A stretch of DNA of 64,000 nucleotides from a virus: positions 4,396-68,395 of the IMG/VR virus record IMGVR_UViG_3300023174_000156. One strand, 5' to 3'. The stretch's first letter is position 1. The number at the start of each line of letters is the position of its first letter. The translations under genes were made by a program, and so were the position numbers. This document shows, piece by piece, positions 14,220 to 24,090 of this stretch. The notes beneath the pieces are model-generated. The model saw nothing but the letters and a program-made list of their open reading frames with translations, was not told the origin of the DNA and ran no database searches.

Positions 14220-16826
14220 TTATCTCCTTCTTCTAGGTGCAGTAGCAATAATTACTTGACCAGCAATAATTGTTACTACTACAATATCTTCTGCTTTTTC
14301 ACGTTCTGGAATAGACATATCAGCACCTATATTAAGTAGGGCTTTGCCTAATTCACATTTTTGCTCTTCTGTTAAACCTTCAATTGCTTCATCTGGATTA
14401 AAACATCCAGCAATTGCTGCTGCTAATGCTGCTGGACTTTCTAATACAAGCAATGCTGAAGCCACTTCTGCAGTAATAACCACAGGATTACCATTTAAAT
14501 CTTCTCTTACTTCTACTGGTATTGCTGGTGGAAGATCTCTATATTCAAGTCCCGCTGCTTTTATGGCTGATGCTTCAACTGGAGCGCCTTCGGCTGAAGT
14601 TACTAATACATCTGCAACTAAATCTTTTTCTGCTAAAGTAAACTTGCCATCTTCAGCCAATGTTTCTGATAAATTAACAACCTCTGCAGTTGTTATTTTT
14701 CCATCTGCTAATAACATTTCTGTAATAAACTCTGCTTCTGCCTCTGTTAATCCGCCTTCCGATAATGTAGATGAAACCTCAGCAGCAATTTCTTCAGATA
14801 CTTCTCCACCATTAGCAATTGCCTCTAAAACTTCTGCAACCTCAGAAGCATCTAAACCACTATCTGAAACTAAATTACTAACTATGTCTTGCAATTCTTC
14901 TACGGATAAGGTATCATTATCTTGTGCAATTTCTTCAAAAGAATCCTGACTTTCTTCAAGAATATTTTCTAGTTCATCGTTGGATGAAGATTCATCAGAT
15001 TCAGGTGTATCCGTTTCGGGAGATTCAGTTTCTTCGGAAGGCACTTCTTCGGCAGGGATATCTTCCACAGGAGTTTCCTCTACAGGAATCTCTTCTGTTT
15101 CTGTACTCTCCTCTTCAGTTGGAATGGTCTCGTCTGGTAAAGTTTGTTCAGGCGCATAAATAAAAACTGGCTCTGGGGCTGGGGCTATAATAACTTCTTC
15201 TGGTGCGGGTATAGAAATAACAACCTCTGTATACTCACTTACAGGTCCAGACCAGTTAGCAATTCTAATAGTATAAGTAGCACCTTCTGTCAAACCAGTT
15301 AACTCAATAGACTCTGGAGCACCATCTGTATTATATGTACCACCTTCATATGGATTTTCTGCATTTGGATCATTTGTAACAACTTGATAAAACCAAGTAT
15401 TTGCTGTGTACCCTGTTGGTAATTCAGGAGCAATAATTACTGTTGTGCCCTCAACTACTGGTTCTGCAAGTATTGGAGCGGGAGTTGGAATATTATTATT
15501 AATAGCACTTGTTAATGTTGTAGCCTTAGTATTTAATGTTGACTGCAGAGATGTTTTTGTTGATGTTGCTGTATTTAGTGCATTAGTTAATGAAGTTGTA
15601 TTAATAGCATTTATTGCTGATGTATTTGTAGTATTTTGAGAAACTACTGGTGTTAAACTTTGATTTAGTTGTGCAATAGTAGCATTTGCTGCATCAACAG
15701 CAGCCTGCACAGAAGAAGTGTTAGGGTCTACATACGGAGTAAATGATTGACCTTGACTTATTTGTCCAGCAAATCCAGAACTAGGGTTTGTATCTGTTAT
15801 TGGAATAATTGTTCCGTTAGTAGTTTCCCTATAATTAAATCTTGCTTGTTGTGGTATTGGACCTATAGCACTAACACTGGCTATCCATGCACCATCTGTT
15901 GGATTAACATCAGCATTAAATCTTATTTGAACCATTTGAGTGGAAGCATCTTGTTGTGGATATGGACGAACATCCCAAGCAATATCTAAACTTGTTCCAG
16001 TTGTTGCATAGGTAATTCCTGTTCCAGTACTCCAAGTTGTCCAGTCCCAGCCAGCAATAGAAACTGATGGGGCATTTGGTGTCTGGTAATAAATCCATCC
16101 TTGATCTACTCCAAATGTTATTGTTGCATTTGATCCAACATATACGTTACTATATAGAGTTCCGCCCATTAATAAATTAAATGGAAGATTCATTCTTATT
16201 CCAGCATCATCTACTCCAGCCAATACGTTGGTGCTAGTTCCAATAGTTGCTTGTAAATTATTAACTGCTGTTTGAGCATTATCAATTGCAATATTGGCTT
16301 GAGTTAATTCGGTTTGTGCGGTGGCTTGTGCTGTTGTTGCTGCTGTTTTTGCTGCAACTACTTCAGATATTTGAACCTGTGCAGTTGATGTATCAATATT
16401 GTTTATAGAGGTTTGGGCTGTAACAATAGTATCTTTAGCATCTTGAACTACCTGCGAACTTTGGTCTACTGGTGTAACAGATAAGTTTATAGCATTAATA
16501 GTGGCTGTTGCCGTATCTACTAAGGCTACATTTGTTTGTGCTACTGAGACTGTTGCAGTTAGTGTTTCTACCGCTGCCTGAGCCTCTATTCTTTCAGCAA
16601 CTGCTACTGCTATAGTGGCTGTAGCAGTATCTGTGGCTGCAATAGCCTGTTGAACCTCTGTAGTAGCCGTTGCAAGGGCTGTATTAACTGCCTGTTGGGC
16701 AGGGCTAACAACAATTTGTTCTTGATTTTCTGTAGCATGAGCACGATCAGGAGACATAATTCCAAAAATTGTTAAGCATAGTCCCACCCCAAAGGCTAAT
16801 ATTAGTCTTCGTTTGAGATTATTCAA
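14220..16826 (-). CDS. Large secreted/surface protein (Thr/Ala helical region, beta domain, Fn3-like, acidic stalk, C-terminal anchor)
   Basis: Signal peptide ending AHA; LTGLTEGATYTIRIAN (Fn3-like); P/E-rich linker; C-terminus VVVTIIAGQVIIATAPRRRR. Confidence 0.7.
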   Translation of the reverse strand: MNNLKRRLILAFGVGLCLTIFGIMSPDRAHATENQEQIVVSPAQQAVNTALATATTEVQQAIAATDTATATIAVAVAERIEAQAAVETLTATVSVAQTNVALVDTATATINAINLSVTPVDQSSQVVQDAKDTIVTAQTSINNIDTSTAQVQISEVVAAKTAATTAQATAQTELTQANIAIDNAQTAVNNLQATIGTSTNVLAGVDDAGIRMNLPFNLLMGGTLYSNVYVGSNATITFGVDQGWIYYQTPNAPSVSIAGWDWTTWSTGTGITYATTGTSLDIAWDVRPYPQQDASTQMVQIRFNADVNPTDGAWIASVSAIGPIPQQARFNYRETTNGTIIPITDTNPSSGFAGQISQGQSFTPYVDPNTSSVQAAVDAANATIAQLNQSLTPVVSQNTTNTSAINAINTTSLTNALNTATSTKTSLQSTLNTKATTLTSAINNNIPTPAPILAEPVVEGTTVIIAPELPTGYTANTWFYQVVTNDPNAENPYEGGTYNTDGAPESIELTGLTEGATYTIRIANWSGPVSEYTEVVISIPAPEEVIIAPAPEPVFIYAPEQTLPDETIPTEEESTETEEIPVEETPVEDIPAEEVPSEETESPETDTPESDESSSNDELENILEESQDSFEEIAQDNDTLSVEELQDIVSNLVSDSGLDASEVAEVLEAIANGGEVSEEIAAEVSSTLSEGGLTEAEAEFITEMLLADGKITTAEVVNLSETLAEDGKFTLAEKDLVADVLVTSAEGAPVEASAIKAAGLEYRDLPPAIPVEVREDLNGNPVVITAEVASALLVLESPAALAAAIAGCFNPDEAIEGLTEEQKCELGKALLNIGADMSIPEREKAEDIVVVTIIAGQVIIATAPRRRR

Positions 16827-16883
16827 TTGAGTGGTGGTCTCCTATGTGTAATTATATTAGTAATTATACCATTTTTATTCAAT

Positions 16884-16920
16884 AAAAAAGAGGGTAGAAA
16901 TTAATCTACCCTCAATTTTT
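16884..16920. terminator. Intrinsic terminator, probably bidirectional
   Basis: GAGGGTAGA-AATTAA-TCTACCCTC flanked by A and T tracts. Confidence 0.8.
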
Positions 16921-16931
16921 ATAAGGAGTTG

Positions 16932-18530
16932 TTAAGCCTTAACCTTTTTCTGAATCTTTAATACAAGATTAGTTAAGGTTGTGATTAATGTTTTAAGTTG
17001 TGCAACGGTTACAGCCAATGCAGCGACAGCAGCAAGTGCTTGTGATGCTGAATCGGTTACTGTTGCAGTTGCAGACACTTTTACTTGACCTGCTGCTGGT
17101 AAAGAAGTTCCACCAGTTGCGCTGACAGTAACTGCACCTGCAGATAATGGCATGTAAACTTTGTAAGTTTTTACGCCATTTGCGTCAGTTGTAATAGATG
17201 TTGCAGTAATTGTGTCGCTTGATCCACCAAAGGAATAACTTGTAGTAATTCCTGTAGAGGCAAGTAGGTTAGCATATGTCTTTCCAGACAATACTGCACC
17301 TGTTGCATCAACTGGTGAAAGAGTAATTGTGGCTTGCTCTCCTGCTACGTAGTTTGCTTTATCAAAAGCCAACTTAATAGAAGCAACTGCAGCCTCTACA
17401 CGCACAGTTACTGTGTCTGCAGAAATTGTTCCACTTTTTACTACTACACCTGCTGAACCAGTTTTAACACCAGCCAAAGAGAACAATGCTTCACCATTAG
17501 AGATAGAAGCAATTGTTGCTGAATTGCTGATTACTGCTAAGTCTGCTGATGTTGCTGTTAATGTTCCTGCTCCTACAACTACGCCAGCAGCATCGTATGC
17601 TACGGCAGAAATTGCGTCTGCATTAGAACCTAAAGCAATTGTTGGCTTCTTTACAGTTGTAACAACTTTAGCAATATCGCCATAAAATGTTACTTTTTCT
17701 GTTGCCAAGATTACGCCAGATGCTGAGGTAAGTGTAATTGCTCCTACTCCAGATGTTCCATCAGCAAATACACCAATGTAACTTCCTGCAGGAATAACCA
17801 ATGATCTACCAAGACCAGAAATGGTTGCATGGTTTGTACCATGTCCTAACATACCTGCACCTGAAACAGTTGCTGTAATTGATTCTGAAGCAGAACCATT
17901 GGTAGCATTTTTTTGAGTTAATACAATAACTGCTGCAGCATCAGAAGACACAGCCTTTGAAGCATATACAGTTGCATCTGTTGTTGCTGAAATTGTTTCA
18001 CCAGCATTTAAAATAGATGTTGTATAAGCAGTTGATGCTTTAAGATCTGGAGCAGTAACGGTTACTGTCCATGTAAGAGCAGCAGATGTAACTGAGCCAG
18101 ATGCGCTAGTTAATGTAGGAATAAATCTAACTACGTATGTTCCAGCAACGCTAGGCACGTAAAGTGATGCTGTCAATTTTGCAGTAACATAACCAGTAGT
18201 GTTAGTTGCTGGTGAAATTGATGCTGTTTTTGTATCTGATGATAACGCCACTGTTGCACTAGATGTTTCTGTAACAGCAAACTGTGGAACGCTAGCAGTA
18301 GATGGGGAAGACAACACTGCAGATATTACCGAAACGGTATCTCCAATTGATGTTCCCAAAAATGATACTGACACAACTGCTGTTGCAGTCTCGCCAGGAT
18401 TGATTGTATCTGCTACTGCATCAATGCTAACAACGTCAGCATATACTGTAGCCTGTGTCGGAAGTGCCGACATCACGCCAAGCGTCAAGGCTGCAGCCAA
18501 GACTGTGGCAAGTTTCTTAAATGAATTCAT
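16932..18530 (-). CDS. S-layer-like / Ig-fold cell-surface protein of actinobacterial type
   Basis: Signal peptide MNSFKKLATVLAAAL..QA; Ala/Thr/Ser/Val-rich beta body; C-terminal amphipathic helix ..LKTLITTLTNLVLKIQKKVKA; AGGAG SD and own terminator. Confidence 0.65.
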   Translation of the reverse strand: MNSFKKLATVLAAALTLGVMSALPTQATVYADVVSIDAVADTINPGETATAVVSVSFLGTSIGDTVSVISAVLSSPSTASVPQFAVTETSSATVALSSDTKTASISPATNTTGYVTAKLTASLYVPSVAGTYVVRFIPTLTSASGSVTSAALTWTVTVTAPDLKASTAYTTSILNAGETISATTDATVYASKAVSSDAAAVIVLTQKNATNGSASESITATVSGAGMLGHGTNHATISGLGRSLVIPAGSYIGVFADGTSGVGAITLTSASGVILATEKVTFYGDIAKVVTTVKKPTIALGSNADAISAVAYDAAGVVVGAGTLTATSADLAVISNSATIASISNGEALFSLAGVKTGSAGVVVKSGTISADTVTVRVEAAVASIKLAFDKANYVAGEQATITLSPVDATGAVLSGKTYANLLASTGITTSYSFGGSSDTITATSITTDANGVKTYKVYMPLSAGAVTVSATGGTSLPAAGQVKVSATATVTDSASQALAAVAALAVTVAQLKTLITTLTNLVLKIQKKVKA

Positions 18531-18546
18531 TCTTCTCCTTATTAGT

Positions 18547-20331
18547 TTATATTAAGTTTAGTTTATCAAGAAAATCCTTAACATCGTTAGGCATTTCTCG
18601 ATTATCTAATTCTACCATACGTTGCTGCTTTTCTGCAAGTCGTGTTGCAGAACTCCATGTATGGACATCTATCTCTGTATTATTAGTCTTTGGCGTATGT
18701 GAAATTGCTGAGAATACCGCTCCACAAACAGCATCAGCCAAATCTTTAGATTTTTTACGTGGATGATCTACCCTATTACCTTTCATTATTTTTAATTCTG
18801 ACATTTCTTCTAATAATAATGGAATCATTGGCATTGCAACACGCTCTTCATAAATCATCATTGCTAAATCTTCATAGTGTTTTTTAGCAACTGAGACCGT
18901 CTCTGTTCTAATTCCAACAGCCTGTAACTCATTTTGAATATCAAAAGATTGCCAACGATCAAAAGACACCATACCAATATTAAGACCTTCTCTACGCAAA
19001 TTAATAATCCATTGTTTTACTTCTGATAAATTTACTGGTCCCTCTGCCCTTGGCTCCCACCAAGCAACGGCATCAACAACAACAATAGGGGCTACCTGCT
19101 CATAGTCTTTAATAACTTGAATATTAACCCACTTATCAACATGAGCAATAGCAACAGCACACTTGTCATGTTTTTGTGCAAGGTCAGCATGAATGTAATA
19201 TATTTTTTCTGGATCAGGCTTAAAGGTTTCATCAAACCTTCTAAAAGAATCTATAGGATTTCTTGTATTCATACATTTTTCTAACTTATCTTTTTGTTTA
19301 AAAAACGCATCTGATGCATATGTAGGTACACAAGCAAAACGCATCATGGCATCTCCTAAATCTGTATAGAATGCTAATTTAAAATCATCTATTTTGCGAG
19401 TAGGATTTACTTCCCATGTTGGTCTTTTAAGTGCTAAAATTTTGGGAACTTTATATGAAATAATATTATCTTCTTCCCAACTAATTTCAAATTGATTGTT
19501 TATATCGTTATGTGGTAGATCTTCATTCATAATAAAAATATGTTTCTTTTCTATTGTTTCTTTTTCTGCAATTACATCTTCATATCTTTTAGAAATAAAG
19601 TCTCCTTGATACCGTGGGAAAGAAAGTAAAACTACCTTTCCTAAATCTGGAAAACGAGAATCTACAGATCCACGAAACGCTTTATAAATATTTTCTGCAG
19701 TTTTACCTTGTTCATTGCCAGTGCCAACCTCAGATGCAAAACCAGAAATCTCATCAAGCACTGCAAGTAATAAGTTTAAACCCTCATGAGATTCTCTTTC
19801 AGAGTGACCTGAATAAACTGTAATTGATTTATCAAACTCTACAGAATCTGCCTTAGCATTATACTTACCAGCAAACCATGGTGATTTTTCAATCTTTGTT
19901 TTAAAACCTTTAAAGAAAACATTTTTTGCTTGTTGTGCATTAATAGCAACGTTAATTAAATCTATTGCATCTCCACTTGGTTTTCCAAAATATCTTGCAG
20001 GATCTTTGAGACATAATAACTTATAAACAATATAAGCACAAGCAACAGTAGAGGTAAAATCTTTACCAGATCCCTTGCCCAACTGTAAAATAATCTCATT
20101 TTTAGTATATTTATCATAATACCTTGCCCCTTCTACAGATCCATACAATTCTTGTAAATCTTCTCTTTTATATATTTGACTCATTGCCTCTACAATGTCA
20201 TATTGAATAGATGATAAGGGTGGTTGTCCTAAATAATCAGAAGACTCAACAAATGTTTTTGCGTCTACTGGTTTTTCTTCAAATTGATTTTCTTTTAATA
20301 CCTCAAGAAAATCATTGAACATCGTGGACAA
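18547..20331 (-). CDS. Terminase large subunit
   Basis: Walker A GKGSGKD, Walker B AVLDE, RNase H-like HADLA..D and KDLADAV. Confidence 0.9.
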   Translation of the reverse strand: MSTMFNDFLEVLKENQFEEKPVDAKTFVESSDYLGQPPLSSIQYDIVEAMSQIYKREDLQELYGSVEGARYYDKYTKNEIILQLGKGSGKDFTSTVACAYIVYKLLCLKDPARYFGKPSGDAIDLINVAINAQQAKNVFFKGFKTKIEKSPWFAGKYNAKADSVEFDKSITVYSGHSERESHEGLNLLLAVLDEISGFASEVGTGNEQGKTAENIYKAFRGSVDSRFPDLGKVVLLSFPRYQGDFISKRYEDVIAEKETIEKKHIFIMNEDLPHNDINNQFEISWEEDNIISYKVPKILALKRPTWEVNPTRKIDDFKLAFYTDLGDAMMRFACVPTYASDAFFKQKDKLEKCMNTRNPIDSFRRFDETFKPDPEKIYYIHADLAQKHDKCAVAIAHVDKWVNIQVIKDYEQVAPIVVVDAVAWWEPRAEGPVNLSEVKQWIINLRREGLNIGMVSFDRWQSFDIQNELQAVGIRTETVSVAKKHYEDLAMMIYEERVAMPMIPLLLEEMSELKIMKGNRVDHPRKKSKDLADAVCGAVFSAISHTPKTNNTEIDVHTWSSATRLAEKQQRMVELDNREMPNDVKDFLDKLNLI

Positions 20332-20848
20332 TTGTAATCACTTCTCCTTCTTTGGCAATCTGAGAAAGACGTTGCATAATTAAATCACGCACCTCTGGAT
20401 GCGTAGAAGCAATCTCTCTAAGTATTTCAACCAGTACTTCTTGCCTTCTTTCAATCTGGATCATTTCTTCTGCAAGTTCTTTATTTTCTAACAATCCAGC
20501 CTTTTGTAACATTTCAATTCTAGATTTTTCAATATCCATGACTAGTTTAATTGCTTGAGTTTTTGCACTAAGATTATTTGTCATTGATGCCTCATCAATA
20601 ACCTCATAAGATTTTGTAATTAATTTACTATAGTGTGCATCTGCACCAGCAAGTGCCTCTTTAGCACGAGCACGAATAGCATCATTAGCAGATGCCATAA
20701 CTTTCCACTCATTAATTAATGCAACAACACGAGTTCTTGGCATATCTAAATCTTTAGAAATTTTTGTAGGATCTTGACCTTTAAGATATTCTGCAACAAC
20801 TTTATTTACTTCATCAAGATGGTTTACTAAGTCTGCCTCAGTTGACAT
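20312..20848 (-). CDS. Terminase small subunit (putative)
   Basis: N-terminal HTH-like segment, helical body; directly upstream of TerL. Confidence 0.6.
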   Translation of the reverse strand: MSTEADLVNHLDEVNKVVAEYLKGQDPTKISKDLDMPRTRVVALINEWKVMASANDAIRARAKEALAGADAHYSKLITKSYEVIDEASMTNNLSAKTQAIKLVMDIEKSRIEMLQKAGLLENKELAEEMIQIERRQEVLVEILREIASTHPEVRDLIMQRLSQIAKEGEVITIVHDVQ

Positions 20849-21083
20849 TATACTTACCTTCTAATCTATTAATTTCATCTTTAATATAAAATATTGCTTT
20901 TTCTAAATCTTGTATTGTTTTTGCTTCGTCTTTTAATCCTGCTCTCCACAAGTATTTAAAAGCATTTCCTATGTTAAAATTTCGGTGTCTTGTAATTTGT
21001 ATACACTCTATTCCACTTGGATCAGTTGTGTAGTGCAGCGGATGATTAACTTGATCAACCGTAATATTTAAATTATTACTCAT
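20838..21083 (-). CDS. DUF3310 / SaV-like protein
   Basis: VNHPLHY...IECI...FNIGNAFKYLWRAGLK...DLEKAIFYI. Confidence 0.85.
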   Translation of the reverse strand: MSNNLNITVDQVNHPLHYTTDPSGIECIQITRHRNFNIGNAFKYLWRAGLKDEAKTIQDLEKAIFYIKDEINRLEGKYNVN

Positions 21084-21235
21084 CGTTTTGATTTCCTTAA
21101 TCCAAATTTTGCAAGGTATACATAGATTGTTTCTACGCTTGCCCCACATTCTTTAGCAATTTCTTCTGGAGATTTTTTGTCCATAAGATATCTCTTACGA
21201 AGCCAAACCTCTGACTTATACAGTTTACCACTCAT
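21080..21235 (-). CDS. Small HTH DNA-binding protein (51 aa, not in ORF track)
   Basis: MSGKLYKSEVWLRKRYLMDKKSPEEIAKECGASVETIYVYLAKFGLRKSKR. Confidence 0.7.
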   Translation of the reverse strand: MSGKLYKSEVWLRKRYLMDKKSPEEIAKECGASVETIYVYLAKFGLRKSKR

Positions 21236-21250
21236 AGGATTATTTGTCAA
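21222..21250 (-). promoter_or_regulatory. sigma70-type promoter overlapping the HTH gene start
   Basis: TTGACA-17 nt-TAAACT with TGG extension. Confidence 0.55.
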
Positions 21251-21887
21251 CCTCTACTTGATTAATATCATAGTAATAGTTATCTGAATCTTCAGTTATC
21301 CACTTAGAGGCATCTTCTACATCCCATTTTCTAGTATTGATAAGTCTATTAATCACAGGCTTTCCAGGTTTAGTAGTAAATGATGGCTCTAATAAAAATA
21401 CCCTGTTGTTTGGCTGTATAGCAAAGTTGCCATCATCTCTTTGTATAACGTGACCGCATTTATGCTGCCCTGGATTTTCTGAGTATCCATCATCAAGTCT
21501 ATTAGAATCAGGATTGTGCCAATCAAGAGTAAACAAATACTTGCCAGATATTTTTTTCTTTGTCCTGTCCATATAAGTCATACGCATGTTTGCAAGGTTT
21601 GCAAATTTAGTTGTAGTAACAAAAGGACTAAATGAATTCCATAAAACAAGATTATGAATATCTTCTTCTGGTACATCTGGCTTAGTACAAAAAGCATTAA
21701 TAGGCATTCTCCACCAAATACCGCCATCTTCCATTAAAAAATGAAACAATGGACTACGGTTTTGAACACTGGCTACACCAAAAATTACACAAGGAAAATA
21801 TTGATCATGACTATCTATTTGATCTCTTAAAAAATTACCACGAACATAACATTCAATTGGTGGTATATTTGCATTTAACTCTGGCAT
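21240..21887 (-). CDS. Hypothetical phage protein
   Basis: 215 aa; MPELNANIPP..., HKCGH, QPNNR. Confidence 0.7.
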   Translation of the reverse strand: MPELNANIPPIECYVRGNFLRDQIDSHDQYFPCVIFGVASVQNRSPLFHFLMEDGGIWWRMPINAFCTKPDVPEEDIHNLVLWNSFSPFVTTTKFANLANMRMTYMDRTKKKISGKYLFTLDWHNPDSNRLDDGYSENPGQHKCGHVIQRDDGNFAIQPNNRVFLLEPSFTTKPGKPVINRLINTRKWDVEDASKWITEDSDNYYYDINQVEVDK

Positions 21888-21889
21888 TA

Positions 21890-22060
21890 TTAATTATTCC
21901 TTTTTATAGTAGTAAGTTTATCCCAAAATCCACCAGGATTTCCTTGATAAATTTGTCCAGTTTCACGATCTATCAATAGCCATTTTTCTGGAGATAATGT
22001 TTTTACAATTAAAGAAATTTCAGTTTCTTCTTCATTAAAAGTAAAACTATTCCTATTCAT
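21890..22060 (-). CDS. Hypothetical protein (56 aa, not in ORF track)
   Basis: MNRNSFTFNEEETEISLIVKTLSPEKWLLIDRETGQIYQG...; fills the gap, with overlap to the upstream gene. Confidence 0.55.
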   Translation of the reverse strand: MNRNSFTFNEEETEISLIVKTLSPEKWLLIDRETGQIYQGNPGGFWDKLTTIKRNN

Positions 22061-22628
22061 TATATCCTATTGCCTTATCCCAATTATTAATAGCCCAGTG
22101 ACCGATACCACAAGCGTCAGCAACGTCATTATCGTTAATATTTTTATCATAGATGATTTCAATTAATTTCACAGTCCTTTCTTTTCTAAACTGCCTTTCA
22201 AAAGATTTATACCAAGAGTCTGACTTGCCAGGATTTTTAGACCTAATTAGTATTTGTTCTTCTTTTGTTAATTTTTTATTACCTAAATAATTTTGCCAGG
22301 TAATTGGAGAAACTTTTCCTACTATCTTAATACCACACATTGCAGCAGCACCAAGTAATGCACCTTGAACTAACGCTAAGTCGGCAGCAGTTTTTGGGCT
22401 GTTCATAAATACTGTATGTTCAATTATAATTGCATCTGTTTTCATTACCGTTTCAAAATATGCTTTAGTTTTTCTTGCTGCATCTCCTACTTTTAAATAT
22501 ATGTCTTCACCTTCAAAATTTATTTTGCCAATTTCTTGAAGATTTTTATTATCAAACACTGCATAAGCAAGACTATTAGTGCTAGCATCAATAGCACAAA
22601 TTCTTATTGGTTGGTTAGTCTTGTTCAT
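22053..22628 (-). CDS. RuvC-like Holliday junction resolvase
   Basis: CAIDASTNS, IIIE, LALVQGALL, DNDVADACGI. Confidence 0.8.
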   Translation of the reverse strand: MNKTNQPIRICAIDASTNSLAYAVFDNKNLQEIGKINFEGEDIYLKVGDAARKTKAYFETVMKTDAIIIEHTVFMNSPKTAADLALVQGALLGAAAMCGIKIVGKVSPITWQNYLGNKKLTKEEQILIRSKNPGKSDSWYKSFERQFRKERTVKLIEIIYDKNINDNDVADACGIGHWAINNWDKAIGYNE

Positions 22629-22905
22629 AATCAAAAAATCCTTTTATTTCTTTCAACATTTTATCTACTTCTTTTTTACTTACATTGCAGTTAGAACAAA
22701 AGCCAGAATCATTATATATGGATAGTTGTTGTCCGCAACCACCAAAACATTTTCTAACTTTACCAATTCTTTTTTGCCTACGAGTTAAATAGTATCTTTC
22801 TACAATCTTATCTTTTGTTGCAGATGCTCGACATTCAGCACTGCAATAAATTTGATAAGTTACTTTAGGTGTAAAGCCTTTGTTACACTTTTCACAAAGT
22901 TTCAC
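22615..22905 (-). CDS. Cys-rich zinc-binding protein
   Basis: GTG start; CEKC, YCSAEC, C..GC, CSNC. Confidence 0.6.
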   Translation of the reverse strand: MKLCEKCNKGFTPKVTYQIYCSAECRASATKDKIVERYYLTRRQKRIGKVRKCFGGCGQQLSIYNDSGFCSNCNVSKKEVDKMLKEIKGFFDYEQD

Positions 22906-23740
22906 TAAGCCCCTCAAGAGGTTTAATTTTAAGAACCCCTGTTTCTGCCTCTGCACAGGCTTTTTGAATAGGGCAACCCTTGCAGATTTTAGAGTTAGAC
23001 CTATATGTTTTAACTGGGATTTCTCTATCTGTCCAAGCCTTGCGGACCTGCCTCATCCAGTCAAATGCGTAATCAATCCATTTACGATATTCATCATTAA
23101 CTTGTACTGGAAGCGTTAGTAATTCATGATTGTTTTTATTTTCATAAATTAAAACACCTTTATCTTTCTTTAATATTTTCATATACATTAATAATTGCAT
23201 TAGGTGCCCACCTTTAGGCTTCCTATTTGCTTTTTTATATTCAAATCCATCATTTGGCATTGTTTTAATTTCAGCAACAATAGACTGTCCATTAAAGTCA
23301 AGCATTGCATCACCATAACCAAAGATTGGTGGATCATCTACTTTAACTGTAAATTCTAATGCAGGATGTTTTTGTTTGCCATACTTTCGTTCTGCTGTTT
23401 CAAATTCCATACTCTTATCAAGAATGCCAGCATTAATCATTGCATCTTGAATTCTGTCATGGCTTAAACTTCCACTGTTTCTATTTGCTACACCAAAAGG
23501 ACTTGCATCATCATAAAATACTTGACCATCAAATGCAAGATACCAAAAACGAGCACACTCTCCAGACCCCCAAGCCAAACCTGATGGTGAAAAAGAATAT
23601 TTTTTAGTAAATTTTGGTTTAATGTCAGCAACATATCCTTGCTGAATAGCCTCTACCAAACCTTGAGTATAGTCAATATCTCCGTTATGTATTGGTTCAT
23701 CTTGCTTAATCATAATCTGTTTTAATAAGTTTTTAGTCAT
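22892..23740 (-). CDS. Cas4-like PD-(D/E)XK exonuclease
   Basis: SPS..C.R..Y, GYGD, EIKT, QLLMY, CKGCP....C (four-Cys Fe-S pattern). Confidence 0.8.
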   Translation of the reverse strand: MTKNLLKQIMIKQDEPIHNGDIDYTQGLVEAIQQGYVADIKPKFTKKYSFSPSGLAWGSGECARFWYLAFDGQVFYDDASPFGVANRNSGSLSHDRIQDAMINAGILDKSMEFETAERKYGKQKHPALEFTVKVDDPPIFGYGDAMLDFNGQSIVAEIKTMPNDGFEYKKANRKPKGGHLMQLLMYMKILKKDKGVLIYENKNNHELLTLPVQVNDEYRKWIDYAFDWMRQVRKAWTDREIPVKTYRSNSKICKGCPIQKACAEAETGVLKIKPLEGLSETL

Positions 23741-23771
23741 TTTTATCCCTTGTTTATATAAGTATACCAGG

Positions 23772-24089
23772 TTAGCGGATTATGTATTTAAGTGCTGATA
23801 CCAAGTCATTAATTGATTCTGCTGCCGTGAAATATATATTTTTCTTTGCCCTGTCACTTTTATCTACGTTAGCCATCCAAGTTGCTCTAAATGACATCTT
23901 TGCTGCTATTGCCTGAAGTCTTACAATTTCCACGGTAGCAACATTAAGTGGAACATCTGGCTTAATGATTAACTTAGCAATCATTGTTAAAGCCATTGTT
24001 AGTTCTTCATCCTTCATGTAGTCAGCAATTTCAGTTAAACCATTGACCATATCTATTGTCGTTCCTGTTGGCTGAACCTGTTGTGTCAC
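23772..24089 (-). CDS. Hypothetical protein
   Basis: 105 aa helical ORF in the recombination module. Confidence 0.6.
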   Translation of the reverse strand: MTQQVQPTGTTIDMVNGLTEIADYMKDEELTMALTMIAKLIIKPDVPLNVATVEIVRLQAIAAKMSFRATWMANVDKSDRAKKNIYFTAAESINDLVSALKYIIR

Positions 24090-24090
24090 C

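Noticed and set aside
14344-14949. Long + strand ORF (also 13298-13801, 17413-17685, 18199-18555, 53615-54055 and similar)
   Set aside because: Antisense shadows of real - strand genes; no SD or recognisable motifs
22892-23740. Cas4 as evidence of a CRISPR-Cas system
   Set aside because: Solo Cas4-like nuclease in a recombination module; no cas1/cas2 or array in the window
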